Source of the DNA: an uncultured cyanobacterium
GTDB lineage: Bacteria; Cyanobacteriota; Cyanobacteriia; Cyanobacteriales; Nostocaceae
Length of the DNA: 64,000 nt
Direction of reading: 5' to 3'
Assembly: GCA_963740315.1 (NCBI GenBank)
Contig: CAVUDP010000002.1
Coordinates: forward strand, 1,216,001 to 1,280,000
Below, in pieces: positions 1 to 9,504 of this stretch (the first letter of the stretch is position 1; each line of letters begins with the position of its first letter). The notes under the pieces were generated by a model. It was not told the DNA's origin, made no database searches, and worked only from the letters and a program-made list of their open reading frames with translations. The translations under genes and the position numbers were made by a program.

Positions 1-339
1 ACTTACATTGCCACTGGCGAAAACTCTACTTCGGATTTATTCGCTTCAGTTGATAAAGGTATTTACTGTAAGAAAATGGGTGGAGGTAGCGTTGGGGCTA
101 CGGGTGAATTTAACTTTGGTGTACAGGAAGCCTATTTGATTGAAAACGGTAAAATTACCAAGCCTTTAAAAGGAGCTATTCTAATTGGAGAAGCCCAGGA
201 AATCATGAATAAAATTTCCATGTGTTCCCAAGATTTATCTTTAGCTCCAGGTTTCTGCGGCTCCGTTAGTGGTAGCATTTATACTACCGTAGGACAGCCA
301 CATATCAAAGTTGATTCGATTACCGTTGGCGGACGGTAA
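1..339 (+). CDS. tldD: TldD family metalloprotease, C-terminal part (5' end outside window)
   Basis: Frame 1 is open from base 1; C-terminus [28 protein letters not shown] is typical of TldD; followed by pmbA. Confidence 0.9.
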   Translation, partial: TYIATGENSTSDLFASVDKGIYCKKMGGGSVGATGEFNFGVQEAYLIENGKITKPLKGAILIGEAQEIMNKISMCSQDLSLAPGFCGSVSGSIYTTVGQPHIKVDSITVGGR

Positions 340-470
340 AAACCACCGGAGTGAGGAGTTAGGAGTGAGGAGTTAAAAATAATTTACCTATTTTCTTTTC
401 CCTACTCCCTATTCCCTACTCTCTATAAATTAAACCAGATTCTTATATTGAAATAACTTTATCCAAAACT

Positions 471-1850
471 ATGCCTAACATACAGGAAATTGCAGCTTCT
501 GCTAAGGAAAGTGCCGATAAGATTGGTATCAAAAAGTTTGATATTTATGGATCGTCAGTAGATTCAACTAGCGTCCAAGTTGACCAAGGTGAGCCGAAGC
601 AAGTTAAAGCCACTAATCTTTCTGGTGTCACCGTTCGAGTCTGGAATAAAGATAATACAATGGGTGTCGCTAGTACTACGGATATTGACTCTAAAGGATT
701 AGAGTTGGCTTTAAAAACCGCGTTTGAAGCGAGTACCTTTGGCGTTAAGGAAAATGTACCCGATTTTAGCCCGGAAGCTAAAGCCGAGATAAATAACGGT
801 ACATCTAAAGAAAAAGCACCTCTTGCCCCGGTTCCAAATTTGATTGATAGTTTAGTGACAGCAGAAAAAGAGGTACTTGCTGCTCATGAAGCGATTAAGG
901 GAGTACCCTATAATTCTTTGTCGCAAAGAGATATCGATCGCTTTTATTTGAATAGCGATGGTGCAATGAGAGCCGAATCTCACTCTTTAGCATCAATTTT
1001 TCTCTACAGTAAAACCGAACAAGAAGGTAGAAAACCTCGTAGTGCTGGCGCTTTTAGAATTAGTTACGGTGTTAACGATTTAGATATTGATGGCTGCATC
1101 AAAGAAACTGCCGAAAAGACTATCAGTCACTTGAATTATCGAAAAATTCCAAGTGGTAAGTATATGGTTGTGTTTTCTCCAGATGCTTTCTTAAGTTTGC
1201 TGAGTGCTTTTTCTAATTTGTTTAACGCTCAAAGTATTCTTGATAAGCAAAGTTTATCCACTCCCGATGATATAGGTAAGGAAATTGCTTCTCCCTTGCT
1301 TTCGCTTTACGATGATGCATTACATTCAGCAAACATTGGCGCAGAAACATTTGATGGGGAAGGAACTCCCACTCGTCAGGTATCGCTAATTGAAAAGGGA
1401 GTTTTGAAGAACTTTCTTCATAGTGCGGGTACTGCCAAGCGCATGAATGCTCAACCCACGGGTAATGCTAATATTGGCGCGAAAGTTACCATCAGCCCTA
1501 ACTTTTATCATGTTTTTGCAAGTGCAGCACCCGAACAACAATTTAATTTGGACAGTGCTGAAAATGTAGTTTTGATCGACGATTTACAGGCACTTCATGC
1601 AGGGGTTCAATCTTTGCAAGGCTCATTCTCTTTACCATTTGACGGTTGGTTAATGAATAAAGGAGAAAAAACCAGCATTGATTCAGCAGTTGTAGCTGGA
1701 GATTTTCTCGAACTTCTTAAATCAATTGTTTTTGTAGAGAAGGAAGGAGAATTAACTCCGGGAGGAGTTGTTCCGGATTTGGGTTGGAAGTTTGTCGATT
1801 ACGGGAGAATAAACGAATGGAGACGTTGCAGTGCAACGTCTCTACATTAA
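471..1850 (+). CDS. pmbA: PmbA/TldE family protein with an apparent frameshift near the 3' end (native-looking stop at 1810-1812)
   Basis: FDGEG motif; adjacent to tldD; the family-like ending IWVGSLSITGE* lies in another frame from about 1777. Confidence 0.85.
   Translation: MPNIQEIAASAKESADKIGIKKFDIYGSSVDSTSVQVDQGEPKQVKATNLSGVTVRVWNKDNTMGVASTTDIDSKGLELALKTAFEASTFGVKENVPDFSPEAKAEINNGTSKEKAPLAPVPNLIDSLVTAEKEVLAAHEAIKGVPYNSLSQRDIDRFYLNSDGAMRAESHSLASIFLYSKTEQEGRKPRSAGAFRISYGVNDLDIDGCIKETAEKTISHLNYRKIPSGKYMVVFSPDAFLSLLSAFSNLFNAQSILDKQSLSTPDDIGKEIASPLLSLYDDALHSANIGAETFDGEGTPTRQVSLIEKGVLKNFLHSAGTAKRMNAQPTGNANIGAKVTISPNFYHVFASAAPEQQFNLDSAENVVLIDDLQALHAGVQSLQGSFSLPFDGWLMNKGEKTSIDSAVVAGDFLELLKSIVFVEKEGELTPGGVVPDLGWKFVDYGRINEWRRCSATSLH
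1819..1846. repeat. Small palindromic REP-like repeat GAGACGTTGCAGTGCAACGTCTCTAC
   Basis: Hairpin; related copies near 22838-22866, 35165-35190 and 41759-41784, all intergenic or at gene ends. Confidence 0.8.
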
Positions 1851-1951
1851 TTAATAAATACAGCAAAATAGGTAGAACAAATCAGTAATTTACTACTTGA
1901 CTGGCTCTACCCAAATATTATTCGTAATAGTTTAAATAGTTTAAAGCTTTA

Positions 1952-2407
1952 TTATTCTTGTTCTTGGGGATATTCTCCACCAACGCCTACTGAAGTATTA
2001 AATACGTCTGCACCACTCAAATCCGCACCTACCAATGTTGCATCTTCTAATTGAGCGCTGTATAGCTGAGAATCGCTCAAATCAGCATTTGTCAAATCGG
2101 CTTTATTCAGTGTCGTGCTATTAATAAAAGCACCTTCCAAATTCGCACCTTCTAAATCTGCACCAGTTAAATCGGCACCTTCTAAGTTAGCTTCTTCAAG
2201 GTTAGCACCTGTTAAATCGGCGTTTCTTAAATCAACACCAATTAAATGAGCGCCTCTTAAATTAGCACCTCTAAGATTACAGCCATAGCATTCTCCTGTC
2301 GTATTCAAGCGTAAAACTTGTGTAGATACAGGATTTTCTGCTTTAGCAGGAGCGCCTATAAACATTGTAGTTAGTGCCGCTGCGATCGCAATCATCTGAG
2401 TTTTCAT
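1952..2407 (-). CDS. Pentapeptide repeat protein with signal peptide
   Basis: A(D/N)LxG repeats; N-terminal signal ending AKA; CYGC motif. Confidence 0.9.
   Translation of the reverse strand: MKTQMIAIAAALTTMFIGAPAKAENPVSTQVLRLNTTGECYGCNLRGANLRGAHLIGVDLRNADLTGANLEEANLEGADLTGADLEGANLEGAFINSTTLNKADLTNADLSDSQLYSAQLEDATLVGADLSGADVFNTSVGVGGEYPQEQE
2382..2389. repeat. HIP1 octamer GCGATCGC (one example of many copies in the window)
   Basis: Recurrent palindrome characteristic of cyanobacteria. Confidence 0.9.
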
Positions 2408-3371
2408 TCTTTAATTCCTCCACCACTCATCAAATCTTGATTATTCATCGATTTCAAATAAAGTTTTAAATTCTGTATTTAAAACTCTTTAAAACATTTA
2501 TGAATCATCAAGAATTTAAAAATGTCTTGTTTAATCAACTGTTTATAGTATCTCTTGAATCAATCGGTATGTCTTCATCCTAACGATTGAATCTTAAGTA
2601 TAGGTAGCTTGTTTTGCATCGATTAAATAATAAAAATACGTTCCATCTGGATGTTGTAGATAGAGCATAAAGTTGAATTAGCAGTAAAAATCAAAAATTC
2701 GCGCTATAACTCCAGTTTTCTAACTTTTACTGGCAAATTTGACTTGACGATTTTTTCTGGTGCTGCAAAACTCTATCTTTAGGTATAACAGGAGGTATTC
2801 CGAGAGTAAATCTCACAACAAGCACAACTCGCGAACAAATACTAAATATCGGAAATTTCCAGTGTTTTATAAAAATGCGTCGAGGATAACATCATATCAA
2901 GTTAAATTACTGTAAGCATAAGGATATATCAAGAATAATGCCGTGCTTAAGAACTTAAACTATTAAATTGGAACCATTTTCATTCAAAATGCGCTCTATG
3001 AATATAATCTAGTCATATTCGATCCGATCCTGTATAAATAAAGGTTGAAATATCAAGTCTGTAAGTTAAAACCCGATACTGCTCCGCTTTCTAATCATTT
3101 AATGGTTGTTAGTTATGAGTTTTCAGCCGCTATTAAATTATTATGCATACAGCACGGGGTTCAAATATCCAACATAGTCGAACAGTACGATCGTCCTTCG
3201 CGCTCAAAAAAAGAGTAACTCGATCGAAATGGCATAACAGCCATAAAATCTATTGAAATAATGTATAGTTTACTCTACCTACGTGCGTATAATCGCGATT
3301 CCGCTAAAATAACTTAGGCATATCCTAAAAAACCAACACAGCTTTGAAAGGCGACTAAATAAAAGTTACTT

Positions 3372-4418
3372 ATGAATCAACTTAGCAATGGTTTCACCAT
3401 ATTTCTGAGTCTGTTAGTGGAAGCGATACCCTTTCTATTGCTAGGAGTTTTATTCTCCAGTGTGCTGCTATTTTTTGTCGATGAACGGACATTGGTAGAA
3501 AAAGTACCCAAAAATCCACTACTTGCGGCTTTAGCTGGTAGTATGGTGGGTTTTCTGTTTCCGGTGTGCGAGTGCGGTAACGTTCCTGTAGCTAGACGAC
3601 TGTTGATGCAGGGAGCGCCCACGTCTATGGCAATTGGTTTTTTGCTAGCAGCACCGACAATTAACCCGATTGTGATTTGGGCGACATGGATAGCATTCCG
3701 CGAACAGCCAGAAATAGTAGTATTAAGAGTAGTATTTTCTTTATTAATCGCCACAATTATTGGCTATGTCTTCAGCTTTCAAAAAGACATCAGCCCGATG
3801 GTTCAACCCGCAATTGCCCGTTATTTAAAATTTAATCAACCGCGATCGCAACCAAAAGAGCTTCTCAAAGATTCTATAGGACAAACAGCAGTACCAACGA
3901 TGTTAAAGCCAGGTACTTATTTATTGGGTGGAAAACCCGGTCAAACCATGCGAATGGAAGCTGCCGGAATGGAAGCTACCCTTGCCGCGACTACTCCGAG
4001 TAAACCCTTTGGCGACAAAATGCAGTTAGTTGTAGATAATACCGTACAGGAATTACGGGAATTAGGTGCAGTACTGGTTTTAGGAAGTGCGATCGCTGCT
4101 GCAATTCAAGTGTTAGCGCCCCGCGATTTTATTCTTAGTTTGGGTGCAGGACCAATTGTTTCCATACTTACAATGCTGATACTTGCGGCGGTTGTATCAA
4201 TTTGTTCTACTGTGGATTCTTTCTTTGCTTTATCCTTTGCTTCCACTTTTACTAGCGGTTCTTTATTAGCATTTTTGGTATTCGGTCCAATGATTGACTT
4301 AAAGGGTATTGGTTTGATGCTATCAATATTTAAACCAAAAGCAGTTTTTTATCTTTTTGTATTAGCCGCACAGTTGACGTTCCTGTTCTGCTTAATAGTT
4401 AACCTCCATTTTATTTAA
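3372..4418 (+). CDS. Predicted permease (DUF318/YcgR-like)
   Basis: FPVCECG and SICSTVD motifs; many TM helices. Confidence 0.85.
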   Translation: MNQLSNGFTIFLSLLVEAIPFLLLGVLFSSVLLFFVDERTLVEKVPKNPLLAALAGSMVGFLFPVCECGNVPVARRLLMQGAPTSMAIGFLLAAPTINPIVIWATWIAFREQPEIVVLRVVFSLLIATIIGYVFSFQKDISPMVQPAIARYLKFNQPRSQPKELLKDSIGQTAVPTMLKPGTYLLGGKPGQTMRMEAAGMEATLAATTPSKPFGDKMQLVVDNTVQELRELGAVLVLGSAIAAAIQVLAPRDFILSLGAGPIVSILTMLILAAVVSICSTVDSFFALSFASTFTSGSLLAFLVFGPMIDLKGIGLMLSIFKPKAVFYLFVLAAQLTFLFCLIVNLHFI

Positions 4419-4567
4419 ACTTTAAATACGAACGAAAAAATGATTTTACGTTGATTCGAGTTATAAAAAATTCTATCCGAATATTAGGGCAGTTTTAAGT
4501 AAATTCGTTCCCATTTACCTTCCAAGCGTCACTGTCTTCGCTTCCTCACACCCACAATCAACAAGCA

Positions 4568-5344
4568 ATGAGTTCAAGTAAAAAACGCCAGTCTAAAAGC
4601 TTAAATAATTTACTTCCTTGGCTAGATGTCCTCGCAATTACAGCTTGGGGATTTTTATTATTGAAATATTGGCTGACGCAACAGCTATATTTGCTTATTC
4701 ACCCCAATTACTTCGCATTAGTTGTTTTGGGTGGTATCGGATTAATAATTATTGGAATTGCCAAAGGATTACAACTTTTACGACGGCGATCGGCTGTACA
4801 AAATGTCCAACACATGAATCTAATACCCCCTCGTTTTGGTAGCATTTTGTTAATATTAGTAGCGATTTTAGGATTTGCGATCGCACCCCAGGTTTTTGCC
4901 AGCGACAAAGCAATACAAAGAGGTGTAACTGACTTATCAGCAGGAAATTCTCGTCTCCAACCCCAGTCATTCCAAGCTTCCGTTCGTCCAGAAGAACGCA
5001 CTTTAGTAGATTGGACGCGGACGCTCAGCGTTTATCCCGAACCTGATGCATATACAGGGCAAAAAGTCAAAGTTACGGGTTTTGTGATTTATCCACCAGA
5101 ATTGAGCGATCGATATATATTTTTAGCCAGATTTGTGCTTACTTGTTGCGCCGCAGATGCTTATCCAGTAGGTTTACCCGTCAAACTAAAAGACGGAATA
5201 ACAAGAGAAGAATTCAAAAAAGATAGTTGGCTGGAAATTGAAGGAGAAATGGCAACAGAAGTTCTTTCGGAAAAACGTCAATTAACAATTATCTCGAATT
5301 CCGCCAAGAAAATTTCTCAACCCAAAAATCCTTATAGTTATTAG
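4568..5344 (+). CDS. TIGR03943/DUF1980 (YcgQ-like) putative permease subunit
   Basis: 3 TM helices; RFVLTCCAADA motif; follows the DUF318 permease. Confidence 0.85.
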   Translation: MSSSKKRQSKSLNNLLPWLDVLAITAWGFLLLKYWLTQQLYLLIHPNYFALVVLGGIGLIIIGIAKGLQLLRRRSAVQNVQHMNLIPPRFGSILLILVAILGFAIAPQVFASDKAIQRGVTDLSAGNSRLQPQSFQASVRPEERTLVDWTRTLSVYPEPDAYTGQKVKVTGFVIYPPELSDRYIFLARFVLTCCAADAYPVGLPVKLKDGITREEFKKDSWLEIEGEMATEVLSEKRQLTIISNSAKKISQPKNPYSY

Positions 5345-5428
5345 ATAGTGGTTAGGAAATAATGGATAAAAATGATAATTAACAACTAACAACTAACAAC
5401 TAACAACCAACAACCAACAATTAGTAAA

Positions 5429-6922
5429 ATGACAACGAATAAAAATATTCAACCATTAGATCGAGTTGCTCTAATACTAATATTAGTATTAACTCTGCTG
5501 ATTGGATTGATAATATTTCAAGGTGATGCGGTTAAACCGAGCGTTCGTAATTTTAGCTGGGAAAATACAAAAATTGGAGCGAACGATATATCTTTTAGCC
5601 TTACCTTTAGCCGCCCAATGGATATTAAAAGCGTTGAAAATAATTTAAAAATTGAACCACCTCTCGCAGGAAAAATAAGTTGGGCGGGAAGAAAGATGGT
5701 TTACACGCTGTTGACACCAGCCCCTTATGGAGAAAAATATACAGTCGAGTTAGAGAATGCAAAAGATAAATTTTCTGCTGATAAGGGAGCAGATAAAGTT
5801 ATCCAACCTTTTGCAGGTACTTTTCGCTCCCACGACAGAGTTATTCTTTACTTAGGTGCCGAGAAACTTGAAAGAGGAAGATTAATTCTCTACAATTTAA
5901 CCAAACAGAAAAAAACATTATTAACTCCTAAAGACTTGGTGGTAATGGATTTTGAACCATTTCCCAACGGAGAACGTATTTTATTTTCTGCTCATGCTGC
6001 TTCCAACCAAGATACTTTATCGGCTCAACTATATACAGTAACTACAGGGATTACTAGAGAAACTCGAAAAGCAAAACCAGCAGCTAAAGTTGATTTAATT
6101 TTAGATAGTAAAAAATATCAAATCCTCAAATTTGACTTATCTCCCGACGGTAAAACGATAGTTTTGCAAAGAGCGGATAAAGAGAATCCCAGTGATTTCG
6201 GGCTGTGGTTTACATCAATTGGGGATAACGGCAAAGAGAGCGAAACCAAACGGATCGAAAACAAAGAACCTGCGGGAGACTTTTTAATTACTCCAGATAG
6301 TAAAGCCGTAGCAGTTGCTCAAGGGCAAGGAACGGCGATACTACCGATACAGACAGACGCTAGTAAACCCTTAGATTTCCTACCGCAATTCGGTGTACTG
6401 CAAGCGTTTTCCAAAAACGGCTCTCAAGCTGTTTTAGTTAAATTCAACACCGATTACACAAAAGATTTATTTTTAGTTACCAACCAAAGCACGCAAAAGC
6501 AACTAGTAAAAACCACAGGTTCAATTCTGAAATGCGAATTCGATCCAGCTTCACCGACACTTTACTGCTTGTTAACCCAGTTACTACCAGGAGAAGACTA
6601 TCAAGAGCAGCCATATGTAGTCGCAATTAACCTCAAAACCGGGCAGCAGAAACCTTTATTAGTATTACCTCCCGATAAACGGGACTTACACATGAGTTTA
6701 TCTCCCGACGGTTTAGGATTATTATTCGACCAAGTAGAATCAGCAACAGATATCTCTACTCCAGTACAAGGAAACTCTTTAAAAACAAACGACGGACAAG
6801 AAATTAGCACCAGCAGTTTGTGGCTAATGCCCCTACTACCCGTTAACGACAGCGAAATCAACGCAGAATTAAAACCAGAACAACTTCCCTTACTGGGTTA
6901 TTATCCCAACTGGCTGCCATAG
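5429..6922 (+). CDS. Membrane-anchored protein with Ig-like domain and TolB-like beta-propeller
   Basis: N-terminal TM; LTFSRPMD..SVE Ig-like motif; repeated SPDG turns. Confidence 0.7.
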   Translation: MTTNKNIQPLDRVALILILVLTLLIGLIIFQGDAVKPSVRNFSWENTKIGANDISFSLTFSRPMDIKSVENNLKIEPPLAGKISWAGRKMVYTLLTPAPYGEKYTVELENAKDKFSADKGADKVIQPFAGTFRSHDRVILYLGAEKLERGRLILYNLTKQKKTLLTPKDLVVMDFEPFPNGERILFSAHAASNQDTLSAQLYTVTTGITRETRKAKPAAKVDLILDSKKYQILKFDLSPDGKTIVLQRADKENPSDFGLWFTSIGDNGKESETKRIENKEPAGDFLITPDSKAVAVAQGQGTAILPIQTDASKPLDFLPQFGVLQAFSKNGSQAVLVKFNTDYTKDLFLVTNQSTQKQLVKTTGSILKCEFDPASPTLYCLLTQLLPGEDYQEQPYVVAINLKTGQQKPLLVLPPDKRDLHMSLSPDGLGLLFDQVESATDISTPVQGNSLKTNDGQEISTSSLWLMPLLPVNDSEINAELKPEQLPLLGYYPNWLP

Positions 6923-6926
6923 GAGA

Positions 6927-7145
6927 ATGGGGGATGGGGAGATGGGGGGACAAGGGGACAAGGGGACAAGGGGACAAGGGGAGAAGGGGAGAAGGGGAGA
7001 TTTGCTCCCAACTCTTAAAATAGTAGTGCAAGCATCTTGCTCGCTGGTATTATTCTTAACTCCGGTGTTCCTAACTGGTAACTCCGGTAGTCCGAACTGC
7101 CCCTTGTCCCCCCATCTCCCCCATCTCCCCATCCCCCCATCCCTC
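6927..7145. repeat. Inverted STRR blocks (GGGGACAA/GGGGAGAT and complement) with embedded small repeats
   Basis: G-rich 8-mers at 6927-7000 and C-rich complement at 7100-7145. Confidence 0.8.
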
Positions 7146-7480
7146 ATCGGTCTATTCCCATTACTACTTGCTGACAAGGGGGAGTAATTTGCTACATTAG
7201 AATACAGGGTCAAAATGGATCGAAGCAATTGCGAAGGGCAGTAAACAAATTAAAAATTACTGTTTGATTCAAATTGTGTAGATTTGCATCGGATTTGTTA
7301 ATCTTTTACAAATTCTTTTTTTTGCGCCAGTAACGCCAAAAACGGCAGTTTACCGATGATTAAGGACTTATATCGGGAAAAGTATGTCTTGCCTTTAGGA
7401 GAAGATTTTGTTAAGACAGCATCAATGATGAATTGTACCGTAGTGTCTGCTTTTAAATTGAAGCTGGTGGGTGAAGATTA

Positions 7481-9133
7481 ATGCATGAAGCCCTAACCCC
7501 AGATGATGGGACTAATATTGAAAATTTAAATGTTGATTCCCCACAGTCGTCTCAAAGGGCGGTTAATCCTTTTTATTCGATTGTAGCTGGTGAAAATAAA
7601 GCAAAGGAATTATTTTTGCTCGCACCAGCCTCTAAGGAATCATCTAAGGAATCATCGCCAAATCAAGCTGCAAATTCCCCTGACGTTGAGGAAGTTGCAG
7701 AAGATATTCATACAGTAGAAGTAATTATTGATTCTCAATCAAATACCGAGCCTCAATTAGATGAGGAAACTAACTTTGAAAGCGATCGCGATGAATGGGT
7801 TGCAGAACCTAACGTTGAGCAACAAGCGATAGTTAATACGGAATTTGAGAAACTGCTGGGATTAAATGAAGAATTACGCAGCGCTAACGATAAATTGTAC
7901 GAGCAAGCAGAGCAATTGACTAACGCTTTGAGCGAGTCAGAAGCGGCTTTGCAGCGTCAAAATAAACGTTCAACCGTTGCAGAATCGATGTTGAAGCAGC
8001 AAACTAGTGAGTTAAATGCTGCCCAGGCACAGATACAATCTTTGTTTGAACAGTTAGAAAATGCCGTACAAAATGTTCAACGTCAAGAAAGTGTAGCCTC
8101 CTCATGTAAAAAACAACTCGAATTGAGCCAACAACGTCTGGCTCAGTTGGAACGCGAATGTGCTTCGATCCAAAATAAGTACAGCGAACAAACGACGCTT
8201 TTATCGCACTCAGAAAATGCTTGTCGCGAGTTACGTACTAGACTTAAGCGCCAGCAGCGTCAAACTTTACAATTTAAAGCTGCTTTGGAAAAGAGTTTAG
8301 AAACATCAGTTCCCAGTTACGATACCCTTGATGATAGCGACAGCAATTTCCCAGATATAACAACTAATTCACATTTAAATAAATTTAAGCAAACTCAAAC
8401 TATAAATAGCATACAGTCCATTAAACCTTGGTCGGCTCCATTAAATTCTTACAAGTCACAAAATAACCTTTGGGAAGAAATTTTAGAAACCGAGGCAGCT
8501 AATAACAGCGAAAATCCAATTCAAGAATCTTCGACTTGGGAATTTACAGCTAATCCCGATATAGAATCGCACGAAAATACGGACGATACTCAAATAGAAT
8601 TGGTAGATAGTCCAAAAGTAGTAAATCATGATTCAGTCGATGAGGAAGTAACCGTACAAATTTCACCCTCAGATTCATCGGAGTTAGAAGAACAATTAGA
8701 TAGCGTTATCCAAACATTTTTTGCTTCTCAACCAGAATCTGTATCGCCACAATCTTCCCCAGAGCAAGATGCAGAAACTGATGAATCAACAATTCCTATT
8801 TGGAAAACACTCATCGAACCAAGTGGAACAAGCGATCGCGTTGTGAATGTTGAAACTCACCAAAATTCTTTCCCACAGGAAGAGCAAACGGTAAGTTTTA
8901 CCTCATCCATGAATCAAAATTATACCAACGAACTTCAAGATTATTGGGAAGAAGTTTCGCAGTTTCCAGCTTTTGAATTATCCGAAAACCCTGCATCTAT
9001 TGAGATACTCAGCGATACAGATACTCATGAAAATTTTCCTTCGCCATTAATTTATCCCAAACGTCCACCCAAAGGGCGAAAATCCCTAGCATCAGTGGAA
9101 TTACCAAAGTTTCCCCATAAGAGTGATGGGTGA
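7481..9133 (+). CDS. Hypothetical protein with central coiled coil and acidic disordered flanks
   Basis: 550-aa ORF; heptad-rich centre; ending KSLASVELPKF. Confidence 0.75.
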   Translation: MHEALTPDDGTNIENLNVDSPQSSQRAVNPFYSIVAGENKAKELFLLAPASKESSKESSPNQAANSPDVEEVAEDIHTVEVIIDSQSNTEPQLDEETNFESDRDEWVAEPNVEQQAIVNTEFEKLLGLNEELRSANDKLYEQAEQLTNALSESEAALQRQNKRSTVAESMLKQQTSELNAAQAQIQSLFEQLENAVQNVQRQESVASSCKKQLELSQQRLAQLERECASIQNKYSEQTTLLSHSENACRELRTRLKRQQRQTLQFKAALEKSLETSVPSYDTLDDSDSNFPDITTNSHLNKFKQTQTINSIQSIKPWSAPLNSYKSQNNLWEEILETEAANNSENPIQESSTWEFTANPDIESHENTDDTQIELVDSPKVVNHDSVDEEVTVQISPSDSSELEEQLDSVIQTFFASQPESVSPQSSPEQDAETDESTIPIWKTLIEPSGTSDRVVNVETHQNSFPQEEQTVSFTSSMNQNYTNELQDYWEEVSQFPAFELSENPASIEILSDTDTHENFPSPLIYPKRPPKGRKSLASVELPKFPHKSDG

Positions 9134-9497
9134 TGGGGTGATGGGGTGATGGGGTGATGGGGTGATGGGGAGAATGGGTGATGGGGTGATGGGGGGAGGG
9201 GGAGACAAGGGGACAAGGGGACAAGGTGACAAGGTGACAAGGTGACAAAAATAATTTTAACTCCTAACTCAATAAGGTTACTGAGCAGTTCGACGTAGCT
9301 CACTGTAAGACTTGTCGAAGTACTCCTAACTCAATAAGGTTACTGAGCAGTTCGACGTAGCTCACTGTAAGACTTGTCGAAGTACTCCTAACTCAATAAG
9401 GTTACTGAGCTTGTCGAAGTACTCCTAACTCCCTACTTCCTACTCCCTACTTCCTACTTCCTACTCCCTACTCCCTACTCCCTACTCCCCACTCCCC
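9127..9497. repeat. STRR blocks plus three tandem small dispersed repeat units (62, 62 and 37 bp)
   Basis: CTCCTAACTCAATAAGGTTACTGAGC...CTTGTCGAAGTA units start at 9261, 9323 and 9385. Confidence 0.85.
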
Positions 9498-9504
9498 ATT
9501 ATTG

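Noticed and set aside
2965..2990. Fur/Zur-like box upstream of the permease
   Set aside because: Weak match in AT-rich DNA, about 400 bp from the start codon
9261..9425. 37-bp unit as a CRISPR repeat
   Set aside because: The intervening sequences are identical or absent; it is a dispersed repeat
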